Part shown: positions 1-10,180 of the stretch, in pieces
Layout of the letters: each line of letters opens with the position of its first letter
Position numbering within the stretch: position 1 is the first letter of the stretch
NCBI GenBank assembly: GCA_963816145.1
Contig: CAWFJP010000017.1
Coordinates: 1-64,000, forward strand
Reading direction: 5' to 3'
DNA length: 64,000 bases
DNA from: an uncultured delta proteobacterium
GTDB taxonomy: Bacteria; Desulfobacterota; Binatia; UBA9968
Program-made: the position numbers and the translations under genes
Notes under the pieces: generated by a model
What the model was told of the DNA's origin: nothing
Database searches by the model: none
The model's input: the letters and a program-made list of their open reading frames with translations, nothing else

Positions 1-290
1 TGCTTTTTTAACCTGCCAGCTAGATTCCTTTTTACCCATCACTGCCGACGCGCAGGAGTACATCGCTAAAGGATAGATTCATTCCATCAACGATGACAAT
101 GCGAGCCGCTAGAATTGTTTGCGGGCGCTCGGATGCCATGCTATTCAGCTGTTGTTCCAGCGAGAACAACTAGTTTCATGGCTCCCCTCACAATCGTCGA
201 ACGTTACCAGCAATCTAGCCGGTGGCGAGGTTGTGATTCGAATCGGATGCAAGTCTTGTCCAAATTCCACGACGGCTAGGACCATTTGCG

Positions 291-1346
291 ATGGTGAAGC
301 TGTCCGGTAACAAAGTCCGATCCATCGCTATTCAGATTCTTGTGATCTCTTTAATATCATGCACCATGGGCGAAGTCGCACTACGAGTTTACAATCATTT
401 TAATCCGTCCTATCTGTTCGATAACGAATCCCGCAACAAACAATTTCGCGGCAAACCATTTGCCTCAGATGGCGAGTTTAAACTCAATTCGCTGGGCTTC
501 AAAGACAAGGAGTTTTTACCTAAGACGCAAACGGTTTACCGCATCGTTGCACTGGGCGATTCGTTCGCCTTCGGTGTGGTTCAATATGACCAAAACTATT
601 TGACATTGATCGAATCGAAATTGCAGCAAAACCACCCCAACGTCGACTTACTGAATATGGGCATCGTCGGCACTGGTCCTTCGGATTATTACGAACTGTT
701 GAACGATGAAGGACTCGCTTTCAATCCTAACCTGGTCCTCTTGTCATTTTTTATTGGCAATGACTTCGTCGGAGCGCGCCGCCGGCGTCTCTATGAGTTC
801 TCATATTTGGCGACGCTGTTCTATCGTTTTTCGAAAATCGCTCGCAGCTACCAAGGACCGATAATTCCCGCTGGTAAGACGCTCTATTGCGATGATTGTC
901 CCTCGTTGACTGAAGATCGGTTTTTGCGGATCGAACGGGGTCGCAGTGCAAAGTACCTTAGCGGCAATAATAGCTTTGCCAGATCGATGGATCGCGCCCT
1001 GTCATATTTGGAGAAAATTCGGCTGGTTTGTCGAGCGCGGGGCATCGATCTTGTCGTCGTGCTAATCCCGGATGAGTTGCAAATCAATCAAGAGTTGCAG
1101 AAAACCGTTCGCAAGAAATTTTTTCCCGATCTTGATGCCAGTCGATGGGATAGTAGTTTACCGAATCGGGCATTGTCGAGCAGGTTGACCCAATTAGGGA
1201 TCGATCACATCGATTTGTACGACGCCTTTGTCGCTAGTAGCAGTCAGATCCGTCTTTATAAGCCGCGCAATACCCATTGGAACATTGCCGGCAATCGGCT
1301 CGCCGCTAATTTGATCGCGGATCACCTCCAGAAGTATCTTAAGTGA
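291..1346 (+). CDS. SGNH/GDSL hydrolase family protein (AlgX/AlgJ-like), N-terminal membrane anchor
   Basis: GDSFAFG block I, FIGND block III, C-terminal NTHWN..GN motif; N-terminal hydrophobic helix. Confidence 0.8.
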   Translation: MVKLSGNKVRSIAIQILVISLISCTMGEVALRVYNHFNPSYLFDNESRNKQFRGKPFASDGEFKLNSLGFKDKEFLPKTQTVYRIVALGDSFAFGVVQYDQNYLTLIESKLQQNHPNVDLLNMGIVGTGPSDYYELLNDEGLAFNPNLVLLSFFIGNDFVGARRRRLYEFSYLATLFYRFSKIARSYQGPIIPAGKTLYCDDCPSLTEDRFLRIERGRSAKYLSGNNSFARSMDRALSYLEKIRLVCRARGIDLVVVLIPDELQINQELQKTVRKKFFPDLDASRWDSSLPNRALSSRLTQLGIDHIDLYDAFVASSSQIRLYKPRNTHWNIAGNRLAANLIADHLQKYLK

Positions 1347-1452
1347 GCGAAGGAGATTGGGTTAGTGAAGGTAAAAGTTTTTCCATGAGCAACAACACAA
1401 ACACCACTCGCCCCGACCACTTTTCACTCTATTCCCTAAACAGAATTTGACG

Positions 1453-2724
1453 TTATGCTTGGACCGGAAGCTGCCGGATCGCGTTGATCCTTTCTACGGC
1501 GGTCGGATGGGAGTAGTGGTACGCGGAATACCAAGGGTGCGGCGTCAGGTTCGACAGATTCTTCACCGTTAGGTTGACCAGTGCTTCTTCCATGGGCTTG
1601 CCGTCGCGCAGGGTAATCGCTGCGAAGCGGTCGGCTTCATACTCATGCTTGCGTGAGAGACCATTCATCAATGGCGCCAAGTAAAATGTAAACGGCCCGG
1701 CAACCAGTGAAAACAGCACGACCGCGCCATGATTGGACGACGCTAGACTGAAGGCGGAAAAAAAAGGCGGAAACGCGACCAACAAACTGAGAATATAAAG
1801 GCCGCCGAACAGAAAGACCGTCTGCACCAGCAACATTCGGCGGATATGTTTCATTTTATAGTGGCCCATCTCGTGCGCCAGCACGGCCAGACTCTGGGCT
1901 GTCGTCATTTGCTCGATCAACGTATCGAACAGCACGATGCGTCTCGCTTTGCCGAGACCGGTGAAATACGCGTTGGAGTGCGCCGAGCGCCGGGATCCAT
2001 CCATCGAAAAAATCCCGCTGGTTTTGAAACCCACCTGATCGGCTAGTGCCAAAATGCGCTCGCGCAGCTCGCCTTCTTTGAGCGGCTCGAACTTGTTGAA
2101 CCAGGGCGCGATGAAGGTCGGAAAGATCACGATCATCAGCAGCTGGAATGCCGAGATAAAGGCAAACGCCCACAGCCACCATGACCAGCCCATGATGTCC
2201 ATTAACCACAGCACCACGAACAGGAAGGGCGCGCCAAGAAGCACGGTCAGAATCAGCCCTTTAAGTTTGTCGCTCAGGTACAGCCCGACGGTGGTTTTGT
2301 TAAAGCCGAACTTAGCTTCGATGGCAAAGGTGGAATAAAGTTCGGTCGGCAGCGCCGTCAGTGTGAAGATCAGACCGATGGCGAAGCAAAAAATGATCCC
2401 TTGGCCATATCTGCTCAATGGCCAGCTGCTCGCCAACTGAGCCGACCACTGATCGACGAACCCAAGCAGGCCGCTAAATAGCACGATCAGTAAGATTGCA
2501 CTGCCATAGAGCTCAGACCAACGATGAAACCGGCCATTGGTCAGCGTGTATTCGATGGATTTTTGATAACTCTCTGAATCGATTTTGCCGCGGAACACTT
2601 CCGGAATCGCATTCCTGGCCACGCTCGCGCCAACCTGGCGGAGGTTTAACTCATTGAGCCCGAACTCAATGACGAATTGAAGTGTAAAGAGCGCCAGAAA
2701 GATCGTCAGGATCGATTGTTCCAT
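1453..2724 (-). CDS. M48 family (Ste24/CAAX-like) membrane zinc metallopeptidase
   Basis: HEMGH, NAYFTG, EYEAD, HYSHP motifs; multiple TM helices. Confidence 0.92.
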   Translation of the reverse strand: MEQSILTIFLALFTLQFVIEFGLNELNLRQVGASVARNAIPEVFRGKIDSESYQKSIEYTLTNGRFHRWSELYGSAILLIVLFSGLLGFVDQWSAQLASSWPLSRYGQGIIFCFAIGLIFTLTALPTELYSTFAIEAKFGFNKTTVGLYLSDKLKGLILTVLLGAPFLFVVLWLMDIMGWSWWLWAFAFISAFQLLMIVIFPTFIAPWFNKFEPLKEGELRERILALADQVGFKTSGIFSMDGSRRSAHSNAYFTGLGKARRIVLFDTLIEQMTTAQSLAVLAHEMGHYKMKHIRRMLLVQTVFLFGGLYILSLLVAFPPFFSAFSLASSNHGAVVLFSLVAGPFTFYLAPLMNGLSRKHEYEADRFAAITLRDGKPMEEALVNLTVKNLSNLTPHPWYSAYHYSHPTAVERINAIRQLPVQA

Positions 2725-2779
2725 GAAGGATCTGGCGCGCTAGTAAGCGAACGGTCGGGGTCAGACGTCGCGGCCGAGT

Positions 2780-5068
2780 CTACGCCGGCGTCGCAGCCGG
2801 CGTAGACTCCACCGTCGTCGTGTAAGAAAACACCAGCTTGCCATCTTGCTCGTCGACTTCGACCTTGCCGCCGTTTTGCAGTTTGCCGAAGAGGATTTCG
2901 TCCGCCAGCACACGCTTGATCTCGTTCTGAATCAGCCGCGCCATGGGCCGCGCTCCGAAGGTTGGATCGTAGCCGCGCGCGGCGAACCATTGGCGCGCCC
3001 GGTTAGTGAGTTGGAGGAAAACCTTGCGTTCGTTCAATTGCTGATCCAGCTCGATGATGAACTTATCGACCACACGCTCGATATTTTCTTGGTTCAATGA
3101 GTTGAAGGTGATCATGGCGTCGAGCCGATTGCGAAACTCAGGGGTAAACATTTTCTCGATCGCTTCTTTGCCTTTGCCGACATTGGTGCGGTCGCCGAAT
3201 CCGATCGGTGCGCCGCTCATCTCGCGGGCCCCGGCGTTGGTGGTCATAATCAGGACGATATTGCGGAAGTCGGCCTTCTTACCGTTGTTGTCGGTCAAGG
3301 TCGCGTGATCCATCACTTGGAGCAAGATGTTGAACAAATCGGGATGGGCCTTTTCAATTTCGTCAAGCAGCAGTACCGCATAAGGATTGCGATTGATGGC
3401 GTCGGTGAGCAAACCACCCTGGTCAAAGCCGACGTAGCCCGGCGGCGCGCCGATCAAGCGCGACACGGTGTGCTTTTCCATGTACTCGCTCATGTCGAAG
3501 CGGAGAAACTCGATCCCCATGGTCTTGGCCAACTGTTTGGCCAGCTCGGTCTTGCCGACGCCAGTGGGACCGGCGAAGAGAAAACAGCCGATCGGCTTTT
3601 CCGGGTGGCCCAATCCGGAGCGGGACAGTTTGATCGTGCTCGCCAACATGTCGATGGCGGGGTCTTGACCGAACACGACGAGCTTTAGATCGCGCTCCAG
3701 AGTTTGCAACTGTTCTTTATCCGACGATGAGACGCTGCGCGGCGGAATCTTGGCGATCTTAGCGACCATTTTCTCGACGTCCTTGGGACCGATGCTCTTG
3801 CGCCGCTTTTCCGACGGTTGGATTTTAACCGCAGCGCCGATCTCGTCGATCACGTCGATCGCCTTGTCCGGTAAGCAGCGGTCGTTGATATGCTTAGCGG
3901 ATAATTTTACCGCCGCGCGAATTGCCCCGGCGCTATAGTGCACGCCATGATGTTTTTCGTAGTGCGGCTTGAGCCCTTCGAGGATTTTGATCGCTTCCTC
4001 ATGGCTCGGCTCGGCCACTTCGATCTTTTGGAAACGCCTTGCCAAGGCGCGGTCCCGTTCGAAATAGCTTTTGTAGTCGTGATACGTTGTCGAGCCGATA
4101 CATTTCAGCTCGCCCGAGGCGAGCGCGGGTTTGAGAATATTTGAAGCGTCCATCGAGCCGCCGCTGGTCGCTCCCGCGCCGACAATGGTGTGAATCTCAT
4201 CGATGAAAAGAATCGAATCCGGGTGCTTCTTGAGGCCGGTGAGAACGCCCTTCAAACGCGCCTCGAAATCGCCGCGAAATTTGGTCCCGGCCAACAACGC
4301 GCCCATGTCAAGGGCATAGATGACGGCAGTCTTCAGGGCGTCGGGAACGTCACCTTGATAAATTTTCAGCGCCAGCCCCTCAGCGATAGCAGTTTTGCCC
4401 ACGCCAGGATCGCCGACGTAGATCGGATTGTTTTTACGTCGCCGGCACAACACATGAATGGTTCTTTCGATTTCGTCGTCGCGGCCGATCAAGGGATCGA
4501 TGTGGCCCTGGCTGGCCTTTTCGACCAAATTGACGGTGAAAGCTTCCAGCGGTTTCACACGCCGCGCCGGCCGCTCGCCGTCTTCATGGTCATGTTCCTC
4601 ATCATCGCTCTGGGACGCCGGCTCCTCGTCGCCGCCGATCTTCGACACCCCGTGGGACACAAAATTGACCAAATCGAAGCGCGTGATGCCCTGCTCTTCC
4701 AGAAGGTAAACCGCGTAGGAATCGGGCTCGCGAAACATCGCGATCAAGACGTTACTGCCGTTGACTTCCTTGCGTTCCGCCGATTGCGCATGAATCAGCG
4801 CTCGCTGCAGCACCCGATGAAAGCTTAGAGTTTGCTGCGGGTCGCGGTCGACACCCACCGGCAAGGTTTCCATCTGACCTTCAAAAAACTCCTCCAGGGC
4901 CCGATGTAGTTTTTCGATATCGCCGCCACAAGCGAGGATCGTGCTCTTACCATCCTTGTCGCGCAGCAGGGCGAAAAGCAGATGTTCCAGGCTGACATAT
5001 TCATGCCGGCGGGTCTTGGCTTCTTTCAGGGCAACATTCAGGGTTGTTTCTAACTCTTTACTGATCAT
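2780..5068 (-). CDS. clpA: ATP-dependent Clp protease ATP-binding subunit ClpA
   Basis: Two AAA+ modules (GDPGVGKT, GPTGVGKT), ClpP-docking IGF loop, 762 aa, directly downstream of clpS. Confidence 0.97.
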   Translation of the reverse strand: MISKELETTLNVALKEAKTRRHEYVSLEHLLFALLRDKDGKSTILACGGDIEKLHRALEEFFEGQMETLPVGVDRDPQQTLSFHRVLQRALIHAQSAERKEVNGSNVLIAMFREPDSYAVYLLEEQGITRFDLVNFVSHGVSKIGGDEEPASQSDDEEHDHEDGERPARRVKPLEAFTVNLVEKASQGHIDPLIGRDDEIERTIHVLCRRRKNNPIYVGDPGVGKTAIAEGLALKIYQGDVPDALKTAVIYALDMGALLAGTKFRGDFEARLKGVLTGLKKHPDSILFIDEIHTIVGAGATSGGSMDASNILKPALASGELKCIGSTTYHDYKSYFERDRALARRFQKIEVAEPSHEEAIKILEGLKPHYEKHHGVHYSAGAIRAAVKLSAKHINDRCLPDKAIDVIDEIGAAVKIQPSEKRRKSIGPKDVEKMVAKIAKIPPRSVSSSDKEQLQTLERDLKLVVFGQDPAIDMLASTIKLSRSGLGHPEKPIGCFLFAGPTGVGKTELAKQLAKTMGIEFLRFDMSEYMEKHTVSRLIGAPPGYVGFDQGGLLTDAINRNPYAVLLLDEIEKAHPDLFNILLQVMDHATLTDNNGKKADFRNIVLIMTTNAGAREMSGAPIGFGDRTNVGKGKEAIEKMFTPEFRNRLDAMITFNSLNQENIERVVDKFIIELDQQLNERKVFLQLTNRARQWFAARGYDPTFGARPMARLIQNEIKRVLADEILFGKLQNGGKVEVDEQDGKLVFSYTTTVESTPAATPA

Positions 5069-5071
5069 TTT

Positions 5072-5386
5072 TTACGCCTCTTCCAACGTGCACTTCAGTG
5101 GATATTCATGCTGGCGCGCCAGGTTTTCGACCAGCGTTACTTTGGTTTCCGCGATCTCATAAGTATACACGCCCGCGACGCCGATCCCTCTCTTATGTAC
5201 ATGGAGCATGATCTGCATCGCTTCCGTGTGTTCTTTGTGGAAGACGTACTGCAAGACCTGCACGACAAACTCCTTAGTGGTGTAATCGTCGTTATGCAGC
5301 AATACCTTATAGAGCGGCGGCCGTTTAAGCTTTTTCTTGGTCTCGGTGACCACCCCATGTTCGGATTCCGGTTCTTTTCGGCTCAT
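5072..5386 (-). CDS. clpS: Clp protease adaptor ClpS
   Basis: PPLYKVLLHNDDYT..EFVV and YPLKC motifs; adjacent to clpA. Confidence 0.97.
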   Translation of the reverse strand: MSRKEPESEHGVVTETKKKLKRPPLYKVLLHNDDYTTKEFVVQVLQYVFHKEHTEAMQIMLHVHKRGIGVAGVYTYEIAETKVTLVENLARQHEYPLKCTLEEA

Positions 5387-5569
5387 GGACTCCGCGTCCT
5401 CCCTGAAAACTAGGGAAATCTAACATGCTGGCAAGCCAGGCCGCAATGCTCGCAGGTTCGTTGGCAATACTTCTTGCGCCGGACCATGGCAAGGGTGATA
5501 TAGTGGTGATTATGATAGTGCAAGATTCCCGCGCGGGGAAGCGTCGATGGCAAACTCAGGAGGTGCTCC

Positions 5570-6430
5570 ATGCTGTCCAATAAAGTCAGCGAGATCATGA
5601 CCACGGACCTGGTCAAGGCACCGGTTACCGCGACCGTTTTCAGCGTCATGGAAACCATGGTGGTTAACGACGTTGGACGGATCATCATCACCGATGACGA
5701 AGTTCCGGTCGGGATCTTCACCGAAAAGGACGTGCTCAAACGTGTGGTCGGCGCACAAATCGACGCCAAATCAACCAGCATCAAATTCGTGATGACTGCG
5801 CCGGTGCGGGCGGTGCGTGAGGAGACGCTTATTGTCGATGCCTTTGCCAGAATGTACCGCGGCAAGTACCGCCACCTGCTGGTACGCGGCCGGCACGGCA
5901 AGATTGTTGGTGTCGTTTCCATGCGTCGCATACTCAACATCGCCGTCGAGCTCGGCCAGGGAATCAGCGAATCGAGAACACTCGGAGATATCGCGAATGC
6001 GCCGATCGTCACCGTTGACGAGTCTTCGACCGTTCATGAAGCCGTGGATTTGATGAATCGGCAGGGGCTTACCGCCGTGGTCGTCACGACGGCAGGCAAA
6101 CCCGCCGGCATCTTTACCGAGCGCGACGTATTAAAACGGGTGGCAACAGTCGAATCAGCGCGCTTGAGCGCTCCGCTAAAGCAGGTGATGACCACGCCGT
6201 TGGTTACCATGCCGCGCAGCGCGCTGGTCGGCGATGTCCTGGCCGAAATGTCGCGCCGCGATATTCGCAATATGCCGGTCCAGGATCACGCAAACGAGCT
6301 CGTCGGTGTCGTTTCCATGCCTGAGATTCTCCAATACGCTCAGGCATTTAACATTGATGAGCAGGTGCGCCGGAGTTGGCAGGAAGTCGCTAAGGCGCTC
6401 GACAGCGACGACCAATATACCCCCGGTTAG
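5570..6430 (+). CDS. CBS domain protein (four CBS repeats, two Bateman modules)
   Basis: Repeated GIFTEKD/GIFTERD and GVVSM motifs; AGGAGG RBS upstream. Confidence 0.88.
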   Translation: MLSNKVSEIMTTDLVKAPVTATVFSVMETMVVNDVGRIIITDDEVPVGIFTEKDVLKRVVGAQIDAKSTSIKFVMTAPVRAVREETLIVDAFARMYRGKYRHLLVRGRHGKIVGVVSMRRILNIAVELGQGISESRTLGDIANAPIVTVDESSTVHEAVDLMNRQGLTAVVVTTAGKPAGIFTERDVLKRVATVESARLSAPLKQVMTTPLVTMPRSALVGDVLAEMSRRDIRNMPVQDHANELVGVVSMPEILQYAQAFNIDEQVRRSWQEVAKALDSDDQYTPG

Positions 6431-6507
6431 AACCGCTAAATCATTGTCTTTCAAAGCTATTATGTTAAACTCGGAGAGTTGCCAGAAAGTCCTAAGGAGG
6501 CTCTACT

Positions 6508-8328
6508 TTGGAGACACCGCTAATCAATGACCTAAACATCTGCGTCGCCACCGAAAATGGTTCGGGTAGCGCGTCGTCGAATAACATTCTGTTCAAGGCG
6601 ATTTTCAAGATGGGGATTCCTTGTTCATCGAAGAACATGTTCCCATCGAACATTCAGGGGTTACCGACTTGGTACCAGATTCGTGCCAATGCGGACGGCT
6701 ACTTGAGCCGGAAGGATGTCATCGACGTGATGGTGATGTTCAACGATGCGACCGCCGCCAAAGACATCTATCGGGTGCGCGATGGCGGCGTGCTTTTGTA
6801 CGACGACTCGACGCCACTCTCGCCGACCTTGAAGCGAGACGGCATCCAATATATCGGCTTCCCAGCAAACAAGCTGGTAAGCAAATTGGTTCCCGCGTCG
6901 CCGCTGCGCGCAAAACAGCGCAACATGGTTTATGTCGGCGCTTTGGCTTATCTGTTCGGCATCGACATGGCGGTCATCAAGGCGGTTCTCGAAGACACCT
7001 TCGGCAAGAAACCCGCGGTCATCGAATCGAATCTGGTCTGTATCGACGCCGGCTATCAATATTGCAAAGAGCAAGGTTTCAAGCAGAATATCGTCCGTCT
7101 GGAACCGGTTCCCGGCGGCAATAAGGGTAAGATCATTACCGAAGGCAATACCGCAGCCGCTCTCGGCGCCATATACGGCGGCGCCTCGGTGATCTGCTGG
7201 TACCCAATCACGCCGTCGAGCTCGCTCGCCGAATCGATGGAATATTACCTGCCAAGATTGCGCAAACAGATCGACGGCAAGAAGACCTATGCCATTGTCC
7301 AAGCCGAAGACGAAATCGCCTCGGCGGGCATGATCGTCGGCGCTGGCTGGGCTGGCGCCCGTGCCATGACCTCCACTTCAGGACCTGGCGTGTCGCTGAT
7401 GAACGAGTCCATCGGGTTGGCCTACTACGCCGAGATTCCCTGCGTATTTTTCATCATTCAGCGCGGTGGACCTTCCACCGGATTACCAACGCGCACACAG
7501 CAAGCCGATATTTCGCTGATGTACGGCGCGTCCCATGGCGACACCCGCCATATCATTCTGATACCCCATGACATGAACTCCTGTTTCGACTTCGCACGCC
7601 AAAGTTTTAACTATGCCGACCGCTTCCAGACTCCGGTATTCGTCGCCATGGATCTCGATCTAGGCATGAACATGTGGTCATCGGAACCGCTCAAGTTGAA
7701 TCAAGAACCTTACGATCAAGGCAAACGACTCAGCGCCCAGGATTTGGACGAATGGACAAAGGCCGGCAAGAAATTCCGCCGCTATTTCGACCAAGATGGC
7801 GATGGCATTCCGTATCGCACCGTGCCCGGCAACGAAAACCGCATGGCCTCTTACTTCACCCGCGGTTCAGGGCACGACGCTGACGCGAAATATTCCGAAG
7901 ACGAGCATGATTACAAATACATCCTCGACCGTCTGCGCAAGAAGTTTGACACCGCGCGCAGGTTTGTCCCGAAACCGATTGTCGAGAAAGAACGCGGAGT
8001 TAAAACCGGCATTATTTGCTACGGCTCGAGCTACGAGCCGGTGCGCGAGGCTCGCGACAGGTTGAAAGCGAGGGGATTGAGAACCAATCACATGCTAATT
8101 CGTGCCCTGCCTCTCACCAGTGAAGTGACCGACTTCCTGGCTGAGCACGATACGATTTATTTCGTGGAACAGAACCGCGACGGGCAAATGGCTGCCATTA
8201 TCAAGGACGAACACCCAGATCTCGGAGCGAAGATTGTCAGTGTCTTAATCTATAATGGTTTGCCAGCGACCCCCCTCGAAGTCGTTAATCAGATTTTCGC
8301 CGCCGCTCAATCAGCAAAAACCGCCTAA
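6508..8328 (+). CDS. korA: 2-oxoacid:ferredoxin oxidoreductase alpha subunit
   Basis: YPITP, QAEDEIA, TSGPG, QRGGPSTGLPT motifs; fused gamma-like N-terminal domain. Confidence 0.92.
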   Translation: METPLINDLNICVATENGSGSASSNNILFKAIFKMGIPCSSKNMFPSNIQGLPTWYQIRANADGYLSRKDVIDVMVMFNDATAAKDIYRVRDGGVLLYDDSTPLSPTLKRDGIQYIGFPANKLVSKLVPASPLRAKQRNMVYVGALAYLFGIDMAVIKAVLEDTFGKKPAVIESNLVCIDAGYQYCKEQGFKQNIVRLEPVPGGNKGKIITEGNTAAALGAIYGGASVICWYPITPSSSLAESMEYYLPRLRKQIDGKKTYAIVQAEDEIASAGMIVGAGWAGARAMTSTSGPGVSLMNESIGLAYYAEIPCVFFIIQRGGPSTGLPTRTQQADISLMYGASHGDTRHIILIPHDMNSCFDFARQSFNYADRFQTPVFVAMDLDLGMNMWSSEPLKLNQEPYDQGKRLSAQDLDEWTKAGKKFRRYFDQDGDGIPYRTVPGNENRMASYFTRGSGHDADAKYSEDEHDYKYILDRLRKKFDTARRFVPKPIVEKERGVKTGIICYGSSYEPVREARDRLKARGLRTNHMLIRALPLTSEVTDFLAEHDTIYFVEQNRDGQMAAIIKDEHPDLGAKIVSVLIYNGLPATPLEVVNQIFAAAQSAKTA

Positions 8329-8339
8329 AGGACAAGAAC

Positions 8340-9368
8340 ATGGCAGAAGCAAAACTTAATAAACTCAAGCTATCGGAAAAAGATTATGACGGCGCGCCGT
8401 CAACGATGTGCAAAGGTTGCGGCCACGACGCGATCTCGGCGTCGGTTCAACGCGCCTATTTTGAAAGCAGCATTGATCCGCTCAAAGTCGTCAAGCTAAG
8501 CGGCATCGGTTGTTCGTCAAAGACGCCCGCTTATTTCTTGAGCCAATCCTTCGGTTTCAATGCTGTGCACGGCAGAATGTCAGCAGTGGCCACCGGCACG
8601 AACCTGGCGAACCACACACTCTTGCCGATTGGCGTCTCCGGTGATGGCGATACTTCGGCAATCGGCTTAGGAAATTTCTGCCACATGATGCGGCGCAACG
8701 TGAATATCACTTACATCATCGAGAACAACGGCGTTTATGGATTAACCAAGGGCCAGTTCTCCGCCACTGCGGATGTCGGCTCGGTGATGAAAGGCGGCAA
8801 GGTTAACGATATTCCAGCGATCGATTTGGCCGAATTGGCAATCACATTGGGTGCGACCTATGTGGCACGCAGTTTTTCCGGCGACCGCAAACAACTTTCA
8901 CCGTTGGTTCAGGGCTCGCTCGCGCATCGGGGCACCGCCATCCTCGATGTCATCAGCCCCTGCGTGACCTTTAACAACCATGAAGGTTCGACCAAGAGCT
9001 TGAAATACGTCAAAGGCCATCTCGATCCGATTCACGATCTCGATTTCGTGCCACCCTACGAGAACATCGAAGCGGACTACGATGAAGGCACCGATCATCA
9101 AGTCCAAATGCACGACGGCTCGCACATCATTCTGCATAAGCTCAGCAAAGATTACGATCCGACCAACAAGGCTCAGGCGATCCAGGCGATTCACGGCGCC
9201 ATCGCCGAAGGCAAGTTTTTGACCGGCCTGATTTACTACAATCCGAACCGTAAAGAGTTCGCCGAAGAATTGAATCTGTGCGACATCCCGCTGTCCGAGC
9301 TCGGCCAAGATATTTTACAGCCGCCGCCAGAAGCGCTGGAAAGAATCAACGCGGATATGATGAAATAA
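8340..9368 (+). CDS. korB: 2-oxoacid:ferredoxin oxidoreductase beta subunit
   Basis: CKGCG, GIGCS, TPP-binding GDGD..NN, SPCVTF. Confidence 0.92.
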   Translation: MAEAKLNKLKLSEKDYDGAPSTMCKGCGHDAISASVQRAYFESSIDPLKVVKLSGIGCSSKTPAYFLSQSFGFNAVHGRMSAVATGTNLANHTLLPIGVSGDGDTSAIGLGNFCHMMRRNVNITYIIENNGVYGLTKGQFSATADVGSVMKGGKVNDIPAIDLAELAITLGATYVARSFSGDRKQLSPLVQGSLAHRGTAILDVISPCVTFNNHEGSTKSLKYVKGHLDPIHDLDFVPPYENIEADYDEGTDHQVQMHDGSHIILHKLSKDYDPTNKAQAIQAIHGAIAEGKFLTGLIYYNPNRKEFAEELNLCDIPLSELGQDILQPPPEALERINADMMK

Positions 9369-9392
9369 TTCGACCACGATTCACTGAGTACA

Positions 9393-9427
9393 ACAAAGGG
9401 CTGGTAGGATTCCTACCAGCCCTTTGT
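9393..9427. terminator. Probable bidirectional intrinsic terminator
   Basis: Perfect 17-bp inverted repeat ACAAAGGGCTGGTAGGA / TCCTACCAGCCCTTTGT between convergent korB and the isochorismatase gene. Confidence 0.75.
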
Positions 9428-9456
9428 GCTTTACGGTCAGTGAGGTGAATGGATCA

Positions 9457-10113
9457 CTACAAGCCAGGGGCCTGTTTCGCCGGGAGATCACGCCAGCTTT
9501 CGATAATCTCAGTCGACGACGCGACCAAGCCAAAATGGCGGCGCATGTTGTCCAACGTGCCAAGATGTAACTTCGCTTCGTAAGCCGCCGAGCAGTCGTC
9601 GATCATCGTCACATAGTAATCGAACATGTAAGCGTCGCGCGCCGTGGTTTCAACGCAGACATTGGTCGCCACGCCGCAAACTAAAACGCTTTGGATATTG
9701 CGTGCCTTGAGCACGGTGTTGAGGTCGGTGTTGATGAACGCACTGTAGCGGTGCTTAATCACCACTCGTTCCGACGGCAATGGCGAAATGCCTTCATAGA
9801 ACTCCGCGCCCCAACTGCCTTCCCGGCAGGTGCTGAGGCCGCTCTTCTGCGAGCTGCGATAGATCCACGACGGCGTATCGGTCCACTCGCTATGGGTCGT
9901 GCGAATATACACAATAGTCAAGCCAACTCGCCTCGCCTCGTCGATCAAGCGCAGCAGATTCGGCACCATCGCTAGCGCCGCGCTGCAATCTTCGCCGCGC
10001 TTGCCGGCGCTGCCATCGGGGTTAACGAAATCATTCTGCACGTCGACGACGATCAACGCTGCATTCTTCGGATCGCAGCGCTCTTTCAAAGTTCGTAACA
10101 CGTCCATCGGCAC
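9457..10113 (-). CDS. Cysteine hydrolase, isochorismatase/RutB-like family
   Basis: VVDVQNDF, KHRYSAF, GVATNVCVETTAR triad motifs. Confidence 0.9.
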   Translation of the reverse strand: MPMDVLRTLKERCDPKNAALIVVDVQNDFVNPDGSAGKRGEDCSAALAMVPNLLRLIDEARRVGLTIVYIRTTHSEWTDTPSWIYRSSQKSGLSTCREGSWGAEFYEGISPLPSERVVIKHRYSAFINTDLNTVLKARNIQSVLVCGVATNVCVETTARDAYMFDYYVTMIDDCSAAYEAKLHLGTLDNMRRHFGLVASSTEIIESWRDLPAKQAPGL

Positions 10114-10180
10114 CTCGTCTCTTTAGGCTGAGTTTGAAGGATCGATATTAGCGATTCTCCATTGTCAATTTTCCATTCCA

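Noticed and set aside
2776-2809. Perfect 14-bp inverted repeat over the clpA stop codon as a terminator
   Set aside because: No U-tract and the co-oriented peptidase gene follows closely; possibly a stability hairpin, but unsupported.
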